This document shows, piece after piece, positions 45,178 through 55,656 of a stretch of 64,000 nt of DNA. A program made the translations under genes and the position numbers. Below the pieces are notes generated by a model. That model was given only the letters and a program-made list of their open reading frames with translations, ran no database searches and was not told the origin of the DNA. Position 1 is the first letter of the stretch; the number at the start of each line of letters is the position of its first letter. The DNA is from Candidatus Shapirobacteria bacterium (GTDB taxonomy: Bacteria > Patescibacteriota > Microgenomatia > UBA12405): positions 154,497 to 218,496 of the forward strand of contig JAUYJS010000005.1 in NCBI GenBank assembly GCA_030698565.1, given 5' to 3'.

Positions 45178-46290
45178 CTAATGGTCGAGTAGATTAATAA
45201 AAAGTAAAAATAGAAGTATTAGTATCACAACGATTATAATTCCGATTGTAAATTTTGATATGGGCTTTTTAGTTTGTTTTATATTATTTTCAGCTAGATA
45301 CTTTAGATTTTGATAAATAGAATAAATAAAAACACTTCCGATTGATCCCCAAATAGTAGCTACTATAAAATTGGTTCCAAAAATAATTATGCCCGATAAA
45401 TTGAATAATTTAATTAAGAAATTTGTTAAAAATGAAATTATAAAAAACAAGACGCCCATTAAAAAGAATCTACTAAATAAATCTGGCCACCAGCCACCAA
45501 CATAACCTTTGCTATCAATTATTGAATCGATAATATTATTATTCTTCTTTTCCACTATTGTATACGGAGCCATTAAATACCAAAAAGAGAACATTATAGA
45601 TGGTATAAAAAGCAATCCAAAAACAATGATGGGGGTAAACAGTGCGCTTATATTGACAGATGTTCTAAGACTAAAGTAAGTTAGATACGCAACGATTAAA
45701 AGGACCGTTGCAAGCAACACATTGACCACTGCTGAAAGTAAAGCTATTTTAGGAATATTTTTTAATATATTTCGTAAGGTTTCCTTTAAATCCAACTTGT
45801 CACTTGACCTTTTCAATATTAAAAATACAGTTATGTTCTTTAAGTTTAAAAATATATTTAATAGTATTATGTTAATAACGCCAAAAACTATTAATATTGG
45901 CGGAAGTGATCGGGTTGTATAACTCTTGACCAGTTCCATAAATGCTGTCCTGGGTATGAAAAGTAATATGATAGACAATAATCCTTCGTACAATAGCGAA
46001 AAAAATAATATTGACAGAGACAAACTTATAAAGTTACTTTTGTATAAATTAATAGATCTTTTTAAAAGGTCGCCAAAACTTAGAATTCCAGTATATATTT
46101 CCTGTTCTGATGAATTTTCTAAACCAATAGAATGAACTTCCGGGACAACATTTACTCTCAACTTTTCGAACGCTTCGTTTATGTCCTGTTCGGACCAACC
46201 AGCCTGAAGCAAATTGATTTTTATTGTTTCCTCAGATAACTTTTTATCAAGACAAATCTTAACGTAATCAAGTAATTGTTGTGTAACCAT
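45178..46290 (-). CDS. polytopic membrane protein with N-terminal soluble helical domain (hypothetical)
   Basis: ~70-aa N-terminal soluble region then six or more TM helices. Confidence 0.35.
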   Translation of the reverse strand: MVTQQLLDYVKICLDKKLSEETIKINLLQAGWSEQDINEAFEKLRVNVVPEVHSIGLENSSEQEIYTGILSFGDLLKRSINLYKSNFISLSLSILFFSLLYEGLLSIILLFIPRTAFMELVKSYTTRSLPPILIVFGVINIILLNIFLNLKNITVFLILKRSSDKLDLKETLRNILKNIPKIALLSAVVNVLLATVLLIVAYLTYFSLRTSVNISALFTPIIVFGLLFIPSIMFSFWYLMAPYTIVEKKNNNIIDSIIDSKGYVGGWWPDLFSRFFLMGVLFFIISFLTNFLIKLFNLSGIIIFGTNFIVATIWGSIGSVFIYSIYQNLKYLAENNIKQTKKPISKFTIGIIIVVILILLFLLFINLLDH

Positions 46291-46353
46291 ACCCTAAGTT
46301 TATATTTATTTTATATAAAATAAAGGTATGAAAAAGTAGATATTTTACTAAGG

Positions 46354-47121
46354 CTAAAAACTATTGATTACTTTTTCTTTTTCAATATTATTTTCAAAAA
46401 ATTGTTTTACGTTTTTATAAAGAACGAACGAGTAGATTAATATCAGTGGATTGTACAAAATTTGAAAAAGCCAAGAGGTTACTGTAAATATTGGTTGATG
46501 TTGCTGCCTAAAGAAGAACAAGACTAGTGCGTTTAAAATAGGCAGTGTCCAAATTCTGGCGAAAATTGAGAAAAAAGCGCTTTTGACATATTTTTTGCTG
46601 ATATTAATTGCTTGCAATATACTTGTATTTTGGTCAATTAAAATATAGGGGGCAAAATAAAACCACGTACTTAAAATAGCTAACGGAAAGACAAATAATA
46701 AGAAACCTCCTAAATTAATAGCAATCAAAAGGAGTGATAAAAACATATAAGGCAACGATCTTTTGTGAGCCATTCTGAGCATTTCATTAAAATCGATTTT
46801 ATTCGAATTACTTTTAGAAATTAAAATAGTAGCTATTCTGTAAGTAGATAAATACAAATACATGATTAATATTAATAAAAAGACTAATAGATAAATTATA
46901 ATAGTTGACCAAATGTTAAAACCAATTAATTTGACAATAGGCCGACCGTAAATCTCTATAAGATCTGGTCCGGAAATATAAAATATATGACCCCACAGAG
47001 AAAATTTAAGTATATTAAAAAGATTTTTTTTGTAAATAAATAAAGATTTTTTAATTAAATCGTTTATTTCTAGTAAAGCGCTAGTATCCTTTTTATTTTG
47101 TAAATTAAAATTATTTATCAC
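46354..47121 (-). CDS. polytopic membrane protein (hypothetical; possible paralogue of preceding gene)
   Basis: 255 aa, multiple TM helices, similar composition to its neighbour. Confidence 0.35.
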   Translation of the reverse strand: MINNFNLQNKKDTSALLEINDLIKKSLFIYKKNLFNILKFSLWGHIFYISGPDLIEIYGRPIVKLIGFNIWSTIIIYLLVFLLILIMYLYLSTYRIATILISKSNSNKIDFNEMLRMAHKRSLPYMFLSLLLIAINLGGFLLFVFPLAILSTWFYFAPYILIDQNTSILQAINISKKYVKSAFFSIFARIWTLPILNALVLFFFRQQHQPIFTVTSWLFQILYNPLILIYSFVLYKNVKQFFENNIEKEKVINSF

Positions 47122-47195
47122 GAGTAAGTTTTGCGGTTATATTCATTACTTTATAATTTATTTCTTATAAGAATTTATATTATTTTTACATAAAA

Positions 47196-47227
47196 GTAAA
47201 CAAAAAGACTCCCGGATGGGAGTCTTT
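47196..47227 (-). terminator. rho-independent terminator ending the ribosomal super-operon
   Basis: Minus strand AAAGACUCCC-aucc-GGGAGUCUUUUUGUUU. Confidence 0.65.
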
Positions 47228-47247
47228 GAAATTCCAATAAAAATAGA

Positions 47248-47655
47248 TTAACGCTTTGGAGATTGCTTTTGGCGTCGGGCTTTACCACCAGTACCAACCA
47301 TTCTTCTTTCTCTAACTCTAGAATCTACAGTCAAAAGCCCGGCAGCACGAAGAAGTGGTCCGAAATCGGCTTCATCCTTCTTTAAAGCTCGGGCAACAGC
47401 CAAAACTAAAGCTTCAAGCTGGCCATTTTTACCACCACCACTGATTTTAGCAGTGAAGTGATATTTATCCATGGTTTTTGTAGTAGAAAAAGGTTTATCT
47501 AAATTAATTTTAAGGGTAGAACCGGGAAAATACTTATCAGCAACTAGATCGTTGACCAGTGATTCGCCTTTACCTTTGTATAATTTAATAGTGGCAACAG
47601 CAGATTTGCGTCTACCAATGGCATAAATGTAAATATTTGGTGTTTTTTTAACCAT
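47248..47655 (-). CDS. rpsI: 30S ribosomal protein S9
   Basis: GRRKSAVATIKL…GGKARRQKQSPKR. Confidence 0.9.
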   Translation of the reverse strand: MVKKTPNIYIYAIGRRKSAVATIKLYKGKGESLVNDLVADKYFPGSTLKINLDKPFSTTKTMDKYHFTAKISGGGKNGQLEALVLAVARALKKDEADFGPLLRAAGLLTVDSRVRERRMVGTGGKARRQKQSPKR

Positions 47656-47656
47656 A

Positions 47657-48082
47657 TTATTTTTTAGTTAGTTTGTCAGCGTAATCATGTTCGCTGCCTA
47701 CAAAAATTTTTAACCGAGTCATTCTTCTGTCTCTTAACTTATTTTTTGGAAGCATGCCATGTACACCATGCTCAATTACTTTACGTGGATCTTTTTTGAG
47801 AAGTTCTGCAAAAGTTAATTCTTTTAAATGGCCAGCCCAAGCAGTGTGATGATAATAAATTTTATCAGTAGCTTTCTTGCCAGTTACTTGAATCTCAGCA
47901 GCATTGATAGCGATTACATAATCACCATCATCGCGATGATACGAAAAATCAAGCTTGTCTTTACCCATTAATAATTGGGCAATTTGAGTACAGACACGAC
48001 CTAAGGTTTGACCTTTTAGGTCAATTAAATGCCAAGCTCTTTGGACTTCGCTTCCTTTTTTAACGGTTGTTTTAAATTTCAT
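47657..48082 (-). CDS. rplM: 50S ribosomal protein L13
   Basis: QRAWHLIDLKGQTLGRV… and operon position. Confidence 0.9.
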   Translation of the reverse strand: MKFKTTVKKGSEVQRAWHLIDLKGQTLGRVCTQIAQLLMGKDKLDFSYHRDDGDYVIAINAAEIQVTGKKATDKIYYHHTAWAGHLKELTFAELLKKDPRKVIEHGVHGMLPKNKLRDRRMTRLKIFVGSEHDYADKLTKK

Positions 48083-48540
48083 TTTTTCTCCTTTTTGATC
48101 TTCTTAACCTTAGTTGCAACCTTGGCTTTAACTGTTTTTTTCTTTGGTTCTTCGACTACTTTTTTGATAATTTTGAAGTCAACTGGTTTAATAAAAGCGA
48201 GTTTGACAATTAAGGAATCGTCCCCCATTCTTCTTTTAATTTTGATTACTTTGGTAAAGTTAGATGTTTGGCCTTCAAAAACAGATTTGAAAGATGAGAC
48301 GACAGTATTGACCCAGGTTTGATCCTGAAGATGGCGGAAAAGTTCCCTTTTGGCTGTTAGTTCTGGTTTACTCATGATTGTCGAGGACAATCTCTCAATT
48401 AGAGGAATAACCGCTTTGGCCTTAGCTTCGGTAGTTTCAATACCACCATGAGTAAATATATTCCTGGTTAAAGAACGAAGAAGAGCTTGGCGTTCATGAT
48501 GATTGCGGCTTAATTTTTTGCCGAAAATACGATGATTCAT
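48079..48540 (-). CDS. rplQ: 50S ribosomal protein L17
   Basis: MNHRIFGKKLSRNHHERQALLRSL; Lys-rich C-terminal extension. Confidence 0.85.
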   Translation of the reverse strand: MNHRIFGKKLSRNHHERQALLRSLTRNIFTHGGIETTEAKAKAVIPLIERLSSTIMSKPELTAKRELFRHLQDQTWVNTVVSSFKSVFEGQTSNFTKVIKIKRRMGDDSLIVKLAFIKPVDFKIIKKVVEEPKKKTVKAKVATKVKKIKKEKK

Positions 48541-48543
48541 AAT

Positions 48544-49461
48544 TTATTTCCAAGTAAAGCCCTTCTCTTTGAGCCAAGAATCAATAATCTTTAATGATTT
48601 TTCACCGACATTTTTAGCTTTACTAACTTCCAATCTACCAGCTTTAATTAAAGCGTCGATGGTAGGATAACCGGCTTTTTTGAGTGCATTGGTGACTCGT
48701 AGGGGTAATTCAATTTCTTCAATTGAAATATCGGTACCAGGAGCAGTTGGATTGGAGTCGATAGTGATTACTTCAGAATCAAACTCTTTAGGATCAACTA
48801 TTTGACCGAAAGAAAAAATTAAATCTTTGGCAGCCATCTTGAGGGCTGTTAATGGTTCGACTGAACCATCGGTCCAAATATCTAAAGTCAATTTGTCATA
48901 ATTAGATTTTTTACCTAAACGAGTTGGTTCAACAACATAGTTAACTTTGGTGACTGGAGTAAAAGTAGCATCTAAAATGATTTCACCGACTACATCTGTT
49001 TTTTGCTCCTTGGCCATGGTGTAACCAACTCCCCTTTCGACGATTATGTCCATATCAATGGATGATTTGGAATCGCTTAGGGTAGCAATGTGCTGTTCTG
49101 GATTAGCAACTTTACAAAGTGCACTGTTTTCAATATCGGCAGCAGTAACTTCACCTGATCCTTTTTTCCCTAAATGGATAGTCAAAGGTTCATCTCTATT
49201 ATAAATAAATTTAATTTTCTTTAAATTTAAGGAAATCTCGACGAGATCTTCTTTGACACCCGGAAGAGTAGTGAAAAGATGATTGGCGCCGTCAACTCTG
49301 ATACGAGTGATAGCTGCACCGGGAATTGTAATCAAAAGAACTCGACGAAGACTGTTGCCGAGTGTGTGACCAAAACCGCCAACTAACGGGCTTAATTCGA
49401 ATTTGCCGTAAGCATTAGTAGATTTTACTGTTTTGACATTAAATTTGCTTGTGTCTATCAT
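48544..49461 (-). CDS. rpoA: DNA-directed RNA polymerase subunit alpha
   Basis: GFGHTLGNSLRRVLL…; C-terminal domain with NALKKAGYPTI. Confidence 0.9.
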   Translation of the reverse strand: MIDTSKFNVKTVKSTNAYGKFELSPLVGGFGHTLGNSLRRVLLITIPGAAITRIRVDGANHLFTTLPGVKEDLVEISLNLKKIKFIYNRDEPLTIHLGKKGSGEVTAADIENSALCKVANPEQHIATLSDSKSSIDMDIIVERGVGYTMAKEQKTDVVGEIILDATFTPVTKVNYVVEPTRLGKKSNYDKLTLDIWTDGSVEPLTALKMAAKDLIFSFGQIVDPKEFDSEVITIDSNPTAPGTDISIEEIELPLRVTNALKKAGYPTIDALIKAGRLEVSKAKNVGEKSLKIIDSWLKEKGFTWK

Positions 49462-49475
49462 AGTTAGTCTCCTTT

Positions 49476-50108
49476 TTATCTTGAATAATATTCAATAATT
49501 AAATTTAAATCTATACCATTGTTGACTTCATCCTTGTTTGGTAATGAAATAACAGTGGCAGTGTAATTTTGTTTGTTGAGATCTAGCCAAGTAGCGGCTT
49601 TAAAGTCTTTTTCAGCCATAGGCATTTTGTCTTGATATTGAGTTAATGCTTTTGATTTTAAAGAAACAACGTCGCCGACCTTAATTTCATAGGAAGGAAT
49701 ATTGATTAGTTTTCCGTTTACTAAAATGTGTTTGTGGCTAATGATTTGCTTAGCTGCTGACCTGGAAGAGACCAAGCCAGATATATAAACTATATTATCC
49801 AATCTTCTTTCCAAAAGAACAATCAAATTATCACCAACTAAACCTTTTATTTTTTTAGCTTTAGTATAGTAATTTTTGAATTGAGTTTCCTGTACACCAT
49901 AAATTCTTTTGGCTTTTTGCTTGGCACGAAGCTGGATGCCGTAATCGGTTGGCTTGGAGGAAGATTTAATACCGTGCATACCGGGCTTTACTGCGCCTTT
50001 CTTTTCGATCGGGCATTTGGCAGATAAACATCTGGCACCTTTAAGATAAAGTTTAGTGCCTTCTGTTCGGCATAATCTACATTTTGAATGAAGTGTAATT
50101 CTGGACAT
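49476..50108 (-). CDS. rpsD: 30S ribosomal protein S4
   Basis: Zn-finger-like CRLCRTEGTKLYLKGARC and S4 domain. Confidence 0.9.
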   Translation of the reverse strand: MSRITLHSKCRLCRTEGTKLYLKGARCLSAKCPIEKKGAVKPGMHGIKSSSKPTDYGIQLRAKQKAKRIYGVQETQFKNYYTKAKKIKGLVGDNLIVLLERRLDNIVYISGLVSSRSAAKQIISHKHILVNGKLINIPSYEIKVGDVVSLKSKALTQYQDKMPMAEKDFKAATWLDLNKQNYTATVISLPNKDEVNNGIDLNLIIEYYSR

Positions 50109-50114
50109 ATGTTT

Positions 50115-50513
50115 TTATACTCTTCTTTGTTTTGGAGGTCGGGGACCATTGTGAGGTACTGGAGTGATGTCTGAAATCATGTCGACATCGAAATCTCTTT
50201 TAATCCTCAAAAAGCGGAGAGCGGCATCACGGCCAACCCCTGGACCTTTTATATAAACAGCTAACTTTTTAACACCATGTTTTTTGGATTCATCTAAAGC
50301 TTTCTCTATGGCAGTTGTAGCTGCAAATGGAGTAGATTTACGTGCTCCTTTGAAACCGCAATTACCAGAACTGGACCAGGCAAGAACGTTGCCTTTGACA
50401 TCAGTAACAGTAACAATAGTATTGTTGAATGTAGATTTTATGTAAAGCCGGGCTTCAGCCAAGTTTTTGAAAATTTTCTTTTTTATTACTTTAGTTGTAG
50501 TAGTTTCGTTCAT
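50115..50513 (-). CDS. rpsK: 30S ribosomal protein S11
   Basis: …AWSSSGNCGFKGARKSTPFAA…. Confidence 0.9.
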   Translation of the reverse strand: MNETTTTKVIKKKIFKNLAEARLYIKSTFNNTIVTVTDVKGNVLAWSSSGNCGFKGARKSTPFAATTAIEKALDESKKHGVKKLAVYIKGPGVGRDAALRFLRIKRDFDVDMISDITPVPHNGPRPPKQRRV

Positions 50514-50527
50514 AATTTATGTTTAAT

Positions 50528-50947
50528 TTATTTATTTTCAGTATTACTAGCAGCCTTTTGCTGAGCTTCAATTTTTGCCCAAGCTTCCTTGGTAAGTGAA
50601 CCGATTGTTTTTCTTTTACCTTTTCTAGTACGAGAATTAGTTTTGGTTCTTTGACCTCTGGCTGGCAGACCGACTATGTGGCGGATACCACGATAACTTT
50701 TAATAGCTTTTAAACGTTCAATATTTTCTCTAATTTCTCTTTTAAGATCGCCTTCTATTTTAAAAGTTTCTAGGGCTTTCATTATATTTCCGATGTCATC
50801 GCGAGAAAGATCTTTGATTCTAGTGTCTAAATTAACATTGGCTAATTTGGCCAAACTTTTGACATTGGTTTTGCCAATACCGAAAATTCGGGTTAACCCG
50901 ATTTCAGATCTTTCATTGTCAGGAATTTCTATACCTATAATTCTCAT
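50528..50947 (-). CDS. rpsM: 30S ribosomal protein S13
   Basis: MRIIGIEIPDNERSEIGLTRIFGIG. Start moved to this Met; the longer track ORF overlaps rpmJ in another frame. Confidence 0.85.
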   Translation of the reverse strand: MRIIGIEIPDNERSEIGLTRIFGIGKTNVKSLAKLANVNLDTRIKDLSRDDIGNIMKALETFKIEGDLKREIRENIERLKAIKSYRGIRHIVGLPARGQRTKTNSRTRKGKRKTIGSLTKEAWAKIEAQQKAASNTENK

Positions 50948-50950
50948 GAT

Positions 50951-51064
50951 TTTAACCCTGTTTTTGGGTGTGTCTTTTAGTAGAACAAATAACTCTCTTG
51001 ACACCCTTTCGGATGACGATTTTACAATTTTTACATCGACGTTTAACGCTAGATTTTACTTTCA
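50951..51064 (-). CDS. rpmJ: 50S ribosomal protein L36 (Zn-ribbon type)
   Basis: Hand-translated 37 aa [37 protein letters not shown]; absent from the ORF track (under 60 aa). Confidence 0.85.
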
Positions 51065-51122
51065 TAGGAATGCTTGGATATTGTAACCTAAAATTGTTTC
51101 AATATCAAAGACCAAATTTCGA

Positions 51123-51329
51123 TTAAGTTCTATAGACAATACGACCTTTGTCTCCTTCTGGACTTAGTACCATAGAAACAGAGTCTCCTGCCATAACCCG
51201 AATATGGTTCATTCTCAATTTTCCGGCTAAATGGGCAATTATTACTTTTTCGTTTTCTAATTTTACCCGAAAAAGATAATTGGGTAAGACTTCTGTCACC
51301 AGACCTCTATGTGTTGGCTCGTTCTGCAT
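51123..51329 (-). CDS. infA: translation initiation factor IF-1
   Basis: …[29 protein letters not shown]… and S1-like fold. Confidence 0.85.
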   Translation of the reverse strand: MQNEPTHRGLVTEVLPNYLFRVKLENEKVIIAHLAGKLRMNHIRVMAGDSVSMVLSPEGDKGRIVYRT

Positions 51330-51952
51330 TAATTGTTTAATTGATTAATTAATAATGGTGATTTTACAGTTTCCTTTATGTTTTGGCAAATGTCATTAAA
51401 AATTAGTTCTGTTGGCTGATTGCCATCGATAGTAATTAGTAGTTTTTCTTGATTAAAATAATCTAATATTGGTTCAATGGTTGCTTGATAAGATTTAAAC
51501 CTTTGGGCAATAGCTTCTTCTGTTTCGTCGGTCCGACCATGATCAGAAAAAGTTTGTCCGACTTTCTTTTTTAACTGGCGTCTTTTGATTATTTCTTCAG
51601 GATCAATGTCGATATGGAAAAGTGCTGAAATTTTTTGATCCTTAGATTCCAGATACTTTTGAATAATAATCCCCTGCTCTAAAACTCTAGGGAAACCATC
51701 GACAACAAAATTAAAATTATTTATTTGATCTAGTTTTTTTGTAAGAATATTAATGGCGACTTTGTTTGGTACCCAAGTGCCTTTATCGATATAGGGTTTG
51801 GCCATTTGACCAAGTCGGGTGTTGATAGCAATTTCATCTCGTAAAAGTTGCCCCATAGAAATATGAATTAAATTGTATTTCTCAGACAACATTCTACCTT
51901 GAGTACTTTTGCCACAACCAGAGGGGCCAATAATAAATAGGTTTAATTTCAT
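51329..51952 (-). CDS. adk: adenylate kinase
   Basis: [20 protein letters not shown]…. Confidence 0.85.
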   Translation of the reverse strand: MKLNLFIIGPSGCGKSTQGRMLSEKYNLIHISMGQLLRDEIAINTRLGQMAKPYIDKGTWVPNKVAINILTKKLDQINNFNFVVDGFPRVLEQGIIIQKYLESKDQKISALFHIDIDPEEIIKRRQLKKKVGQTFSDHGRTDETEEAIAQRFKSYQATIEPILDYFNQEKLLITIDGNQPTELIFNDICQNIKETVKSPLLINQLNN

Positions 51953-51953
51953 A

Positions 51954-53234
51954 TTAATAAGTCAATTTTTCGTAATTATAGGTTTGAACGACGTTTTCTA
52001 TTTTTCTAGTTAATTCAATAACAACAGAAACGACAATTAAGACACTGGTTCCACCAATAGTTAATGTGGTGACACCTGTAATTTTTTCGACAACGGAAGG
52101 CATAACTGCTATGGCTCCCAAGAATACAGCTCCAATGAAAACTACTCTGTTTATCAAATACTGAAGGCGTTTTTCAGTAGCAATTCCTGGGCGGATACCG
52201 GGCACAAATCCACCAGATTTTCTTAATTCATTAGCAACATCTTTGGGCTTGAAGATTACTGAGGTGTAAAAAAAGGTAAAACCAAGAACCATAAGAAAAT
52301 AAAAAATCATATAAAAGTAGCTGTCAGTTCTAAACCATCTGGATAAATTTAGAGCAACAGAAGAAATTATGGGATTGCTGACACTACTTAGAGATTGACC
52401 TAAAATTGAGGGAATGGTGACCAAGGAAACAGCAAAAATGATTGGCATAACACCGGCAGTATTTACTTTGATAGGCAAATAGGTAGTTTGGCCACGATTG
52501 GCGTAGTTAATAGGAATGCGTAAAACAGCTTCTTCGACTAATACTATACCTAATATGAGGAAAAAAGCTAAAACCATAAAAATAACTATATTCATGGTTG
52601 TTTGGGGATTGGAAAAATCTGAGGTAGCAAAAGTCTGGAAAGCACTAACAGGCAACCGAGCGATGATACCGGCAAATATTAACATAGAAATTCCATTACC
52701 TACACCATAGTTATTGATAAGTTCACCAAAAAAAATCATGATCATTGTACCAGCTAACATAGTAGCGATCATGCCTACCAAGGTTAAAGGTGAAAGATTA
52801 CTGATTATATTTTGCGATCTTAGAATGCCATACATACCTATTGATTGAATAATTGATAGTGGAATAGTGGCAATACGGGTATATTGATTGATTTTGGCCC
52901 GACCATATTCGCCTTCTTTACTTAGCTCTTCTAATGAAGGAACGACTAAGGTTAAAAGCTGCATCATAACTGAGGCGTTGATATAGGGGTTAAGGCCTAA
53001 AGCGGCAATGGAAAAATTAGCCAATGTGCCACCGGAAAAAATATCTAAAAGAGACAATAATTGATTTTGATTAAAAAAACTGCGAAGTAAATCTAAATTA
53101 ACACCAGGAACTGGAATATAAGCAATGAATCGAAAAAGTATTAATATTCCTAAAGTAAAAATTATTTTTTGACGAAGGATGGGTGTTTTTAGACCCTCGA
53201 GATATAAAGACAGGGTTTTAACAATCCGATTCAT
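51954..53234 (-). CDS. secY: preprotein translocase subunit SecY
   Basis: 426 aa, 10 TM helices, between rplO and adk. Confidence 0.9.
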   Translation of the reverse strand: MNRIVKTLSLYLEGLKTPILRQKIIFTLGILILFRFIAYIPVPGVNLDLLRSFFNQNQLLSLLDIFSGGTLANFSIAALGLNPYINASVMMQLLTLVVPSLEELSKEGEYGRAKINQYTRIATIPLSIIQSIGMYGILRSQNIISNLSPLTLVGMIATMLAGTMIMIFFGELINNYGVGNGISMLIFAGIIARLPVSAFQTFATSDFSNPQTTMNIVIFMVLAFFLILGIVLVEEAVLRIPINYANRGQTTYLPIKVNTAGVMPIIFAVSLVTIPSILGQSLSSVSNPIISSVALNLSRWFRTDSYFYMIFYFLMVLGFTFFYTSVIFKPKDVANELRKSGGFVPGIRPGIATEKRLQYLINRVVFIGAVFLGAIAVMPSVVEKITGVTTLTIGGTSVLIVVSVVIELTRKIENVVQTYNYEKLTY

Positions 53235-53683
53235 TATTCTATATTACCACCCGCTGCTGTAATTTTCTTTTGAGCTTCTTTGGAAACTAAAATTCCTTTA
53301 AAGTTAATAATCTTGGTAATTTCACCGGAAGATAATACCTTTAACATTGCCCTAGATTCAAGTTTACTTAACTTAGCTCTTTTAGCTAATGTAACTGAAT
53401 CGACTGTTTCGTCTTTTTTAAATAATTTGTCAATTTGAGATAAACTAAAAACAACATTTTGACTTCGGGAATTTAATCTGTGCTTGCCTCTCAAAAATGG
53501 TAATCTTTTGATCCAGCCTTTTTTGATTTTGGTTCCATCAAAAGTTAATTTTGTTTTGCCTCTAACTTTGTCACCTTTGGCACCACGACCAGTAGTATGA
53601 CCACCGACACCAGAACCAATACCACGACCAAGACGTTTGGTACTTTTAGCGGTAATTTTTTTTAGATTTTTTAAGATTTCCAT
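53234..53683 (-). CDS. rplO: 50S ribosomal protein L15
   Basis: Gly/Arg-rich N-terminus ([19 protein letters not shown]) and position. Confidence 0.85.
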   Translation of the reverse strand: MEILKNLKKITAKSTKRLGRGIGSGVGGHTTGRGAKGDKVRGKTKLTFDGTKIKKGWIKRLPFLRGKHRLNSRSQNVVFSLSQIDKLFKKDETVDSVTLAKRAKLSKLESRAMLKVLSSGEITKIINFKGILVSKEAQKKITAAGGNIE

Positions 53684-53684
53684 A

Positions 53685-54158
53685 TTATTTTTTTAACATC
53701 GAAAGAGCCTTGAGTGTAGCCCAAACATTTAAGGATTTATTTTTTGAACCAATGATTTTACTAACTACATCTTTAATTCCAGCTAATTCAACTACGGCCC
53801 GAACTGGACCGCCGGCGATTAGGCCACTTCCCTGTTTACCTGGTCTAATTAAAACCATGGCTCCTTTAAATTTAAGTTGAATGGCTGCAGATATAGTACC
53901 ATTAACAATAGGGATATTGATCATGGCTTTGTGTGATTTTAGAATTGCCTTTTGAATAGCATCAGCTACGCTTTTGGCTTTACCTAAACCAACTCCAACT
54001 CTGTTTTTTTTATCACCAGAAACGACTAGGGCAGTAAAATGGATTTGATTTCCACCTTTTGTTTTCTTGGACACGCGTTTTATTTCGACAACCTTATCTG
54101 TAAATTCGCTTTCCGGTCTGTCTGGTCTTCTAAAATTTTTGTTTGATTCGTTGTTCAT
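53685..54158 (-). CDS. rpsE: 30S ribosomal protein S5
   Basis: …VVEIKRVSKKTKGGNQIHFTALVVSGD… and position. Confidence 0.9.
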   Translation of the reverse strand: MNNESNKNFRRPDRPESEFTDKVVEIKRVSKKTKGGNQIHFTALVVSGDKKNRVGVGLGKAKSVADAIQKAILKSHKAMINIPIVNGTISAAIQLKFKGAMVLIRPGKQGSGLIAGGPVRAVVELAGIKDVVSKIIGSKNKSLNVWATLKALSMLKK

Positions 54159-54164
54159 GTGTCT

Positions 54165-54509
54165 TTAAAAATTTAATCCTTTTGACCTGGCACCTTCGGC
54201 GACTGCCTTAACTCGTCCGTGAAAACGGTAAGGACCTCGATCAAATCTAACTTTATTTATCTTTTTATCAATAGCTAAAGCGGCAATAGTCTCGCCAACC
54301 ATAGTTGCTTTTTGAGTTTTTGTTTCTTTACTTTCTTTAATTGTTTTAGTCGAAGCTGAAACTAAGGTTTTGCCATGTTTATCGTCGATTATTTGAGCCC
54401 AAATGTGTTGATTACTTCTGAACACACTAAGACGAGGTACACCTAAATTGTTTGATAGTGAACCTCTAACTCTTTTAGTTCGTCTAATTTTTTGATTTTG
54501 ATTGATCAT
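54165..54509 (-). CDS. rplR: 50S ribosomal protein L18
   Basis: …PRLSVFRSNQHIWAQIIDD…. Confidence 0.85.
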   Translation of the reverse strand: MINQNQKIRRTKRVRGSLSNNLGVPRLSVFRSNQHIWAQIIDDKHGKTLVSASTKTIKESKETKTQKATMVGETIAALAIDKKINKVRFDRGPYRFHGRVKAVAEGARSKGLNF

Positions 54510-54517
54510 GGTAGTTT

Positions 54518-55057
54518 TTAGGCCTTAGCCTTTTTACCTGCTTTAAGTTTAATAAATTCACCAGCATATCTAATACCTTTACCTTTGTATGGTTCTGGTT
54601 TTCTGATTTTTCGAATATTGCTAGCTACTTGACCAACAATTGTTTTGTCGGCTCCAGTTACGGAAACTTTTGTATCTTCTGTAACTTGGAATAGTATACC
54701 TTCGGGAGCAATTATATCAACAGTGTGGATGTAACCAGCATTGACTATAAGTTTATTGCCAGAAAGAGAAGCTTTGTAACCAGTTCCTCTAATTTCCAAT
54801 TCTTTTTTCCAATGAGTAACTACACCTTGAACCATGTTGTTGATATGGGCACGGATGGTTCCATGATTAGCTCTAGTTTTTTTGTCTTCTGAAACTCGAC
54901 TGACAATAACTTGGCCGTCTTTAACTTCCACATTAATTTTTACTGGAAGTTTTAGTTTTAAGTTTCCTTTTGGACCAGAAACATTAACTATATTAGAATC
55001 GACTGCAACAGTGACTCCGACGGGTATATTTATTAGTTGTCTTCCAATTCTTGACAT
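54518..55057 (-). CDS. rplF: 50S ribosomal protein L6
   Basis: MSRIGRQLINIPVGVTV… two-domain L6. Confidence 0.9.
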   Translation of the reverse strand: MSRIGRQLINIPVGVTVAVDSNIVNVSGPKGNLKLKLPVKINVEVKDGQVIVSRVSEDKKTRANHGTIRAHINNMVQGVVTHWKKELEIRGTGYKASLSGNKLIVNAGYIHTVDIIAPEGILFQVTEDTKVSVTGADKTIVGQVASNIRKIRKPEPYKGKGIRYAGEFIKLKAGKKAKA

Positions 55058-55063
55058 AATGGT

Positions 55064-55453
55064 TTACCAAATTTCGGCAATAATTTCTCCACCTAAACCT
55101 TTTTTGGTTGCCTCTTTTTGAGACATTAGGCCAGAAGAAGTAGAAATAATAATTAAAGAATCCTTAGTTTTTCCCCAGGGAAGAGAAGACGATTTTTCAT
55201 ACAATCTTCTACCTGGTTTAGAAAATAATCTAACTTCGGTTACTTTTGGCTGATTGTTGTTGTAAGATAGACTAATAGTCATAGTTTTTTTAATATCTCC
55301 AGTAACTGAATAGTCAGCAATATAGTTATATTTTTTAATTATTTCAGCTAAACTTACTGAATATTTGGAGGCAGGAGCAGAGATACTTTTTCTACTGGCT
55401 CTGTAGCCATTTTTTATTCTAATTAAAAAATCTGATGAGGTTGAGTTAATCAT
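55064..55453 (-). CDS. rpsH: 30S ribosomal protein S8
   Basis: DFLIRIKNG… and position. Confidence 0.9.
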   Translation of the reverse strand: MINSTSSDFLIRIKNGYRASRKSISAPASKYSVSLAEIIKKYNYIADYSVTGDIKKTMTISLSYNNNQPKVTEVRLFSKPGRRLYEKSSSLPWGKTKDSLIIISTSSGLMSQKEATKKGLGGEIIAEIW

Positions 55454-55467
55454 GTTTTTTTATTAAA

Positions 55468-55653
55468 TTACCAACTTGCCTTTTTAACTCCGGGAAGTAA
55501 ACCGGCATTAGCTAACTTACGAAAATCGAGACGACAAATTCCAAAGAGTCTAATAAAACCTCGAGAACGACCACAAATGTGACATCGATTGTGATACCTA
55601 ACTTTAAATTTTAGTTTTTTATATTCACGAACGATTTTTGCTGTTGTTGCCAT
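55468..55653 (-). CDS. rpsZ: 30S ribosomal protein S14 type Z (Zn-binding)
   Basis: 61 aa with C-x-x-C…C-x-x-C (CHICGRS…FGICR). Confidence 0.9.
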   Translation of the reverse strand: MATTAKIVREYKKLKFKVRYHNRCHICGRSRGFIRLFGICRLDFRKLANAGLLPGVKKASW

Positions 55654-55656
55654 ATT

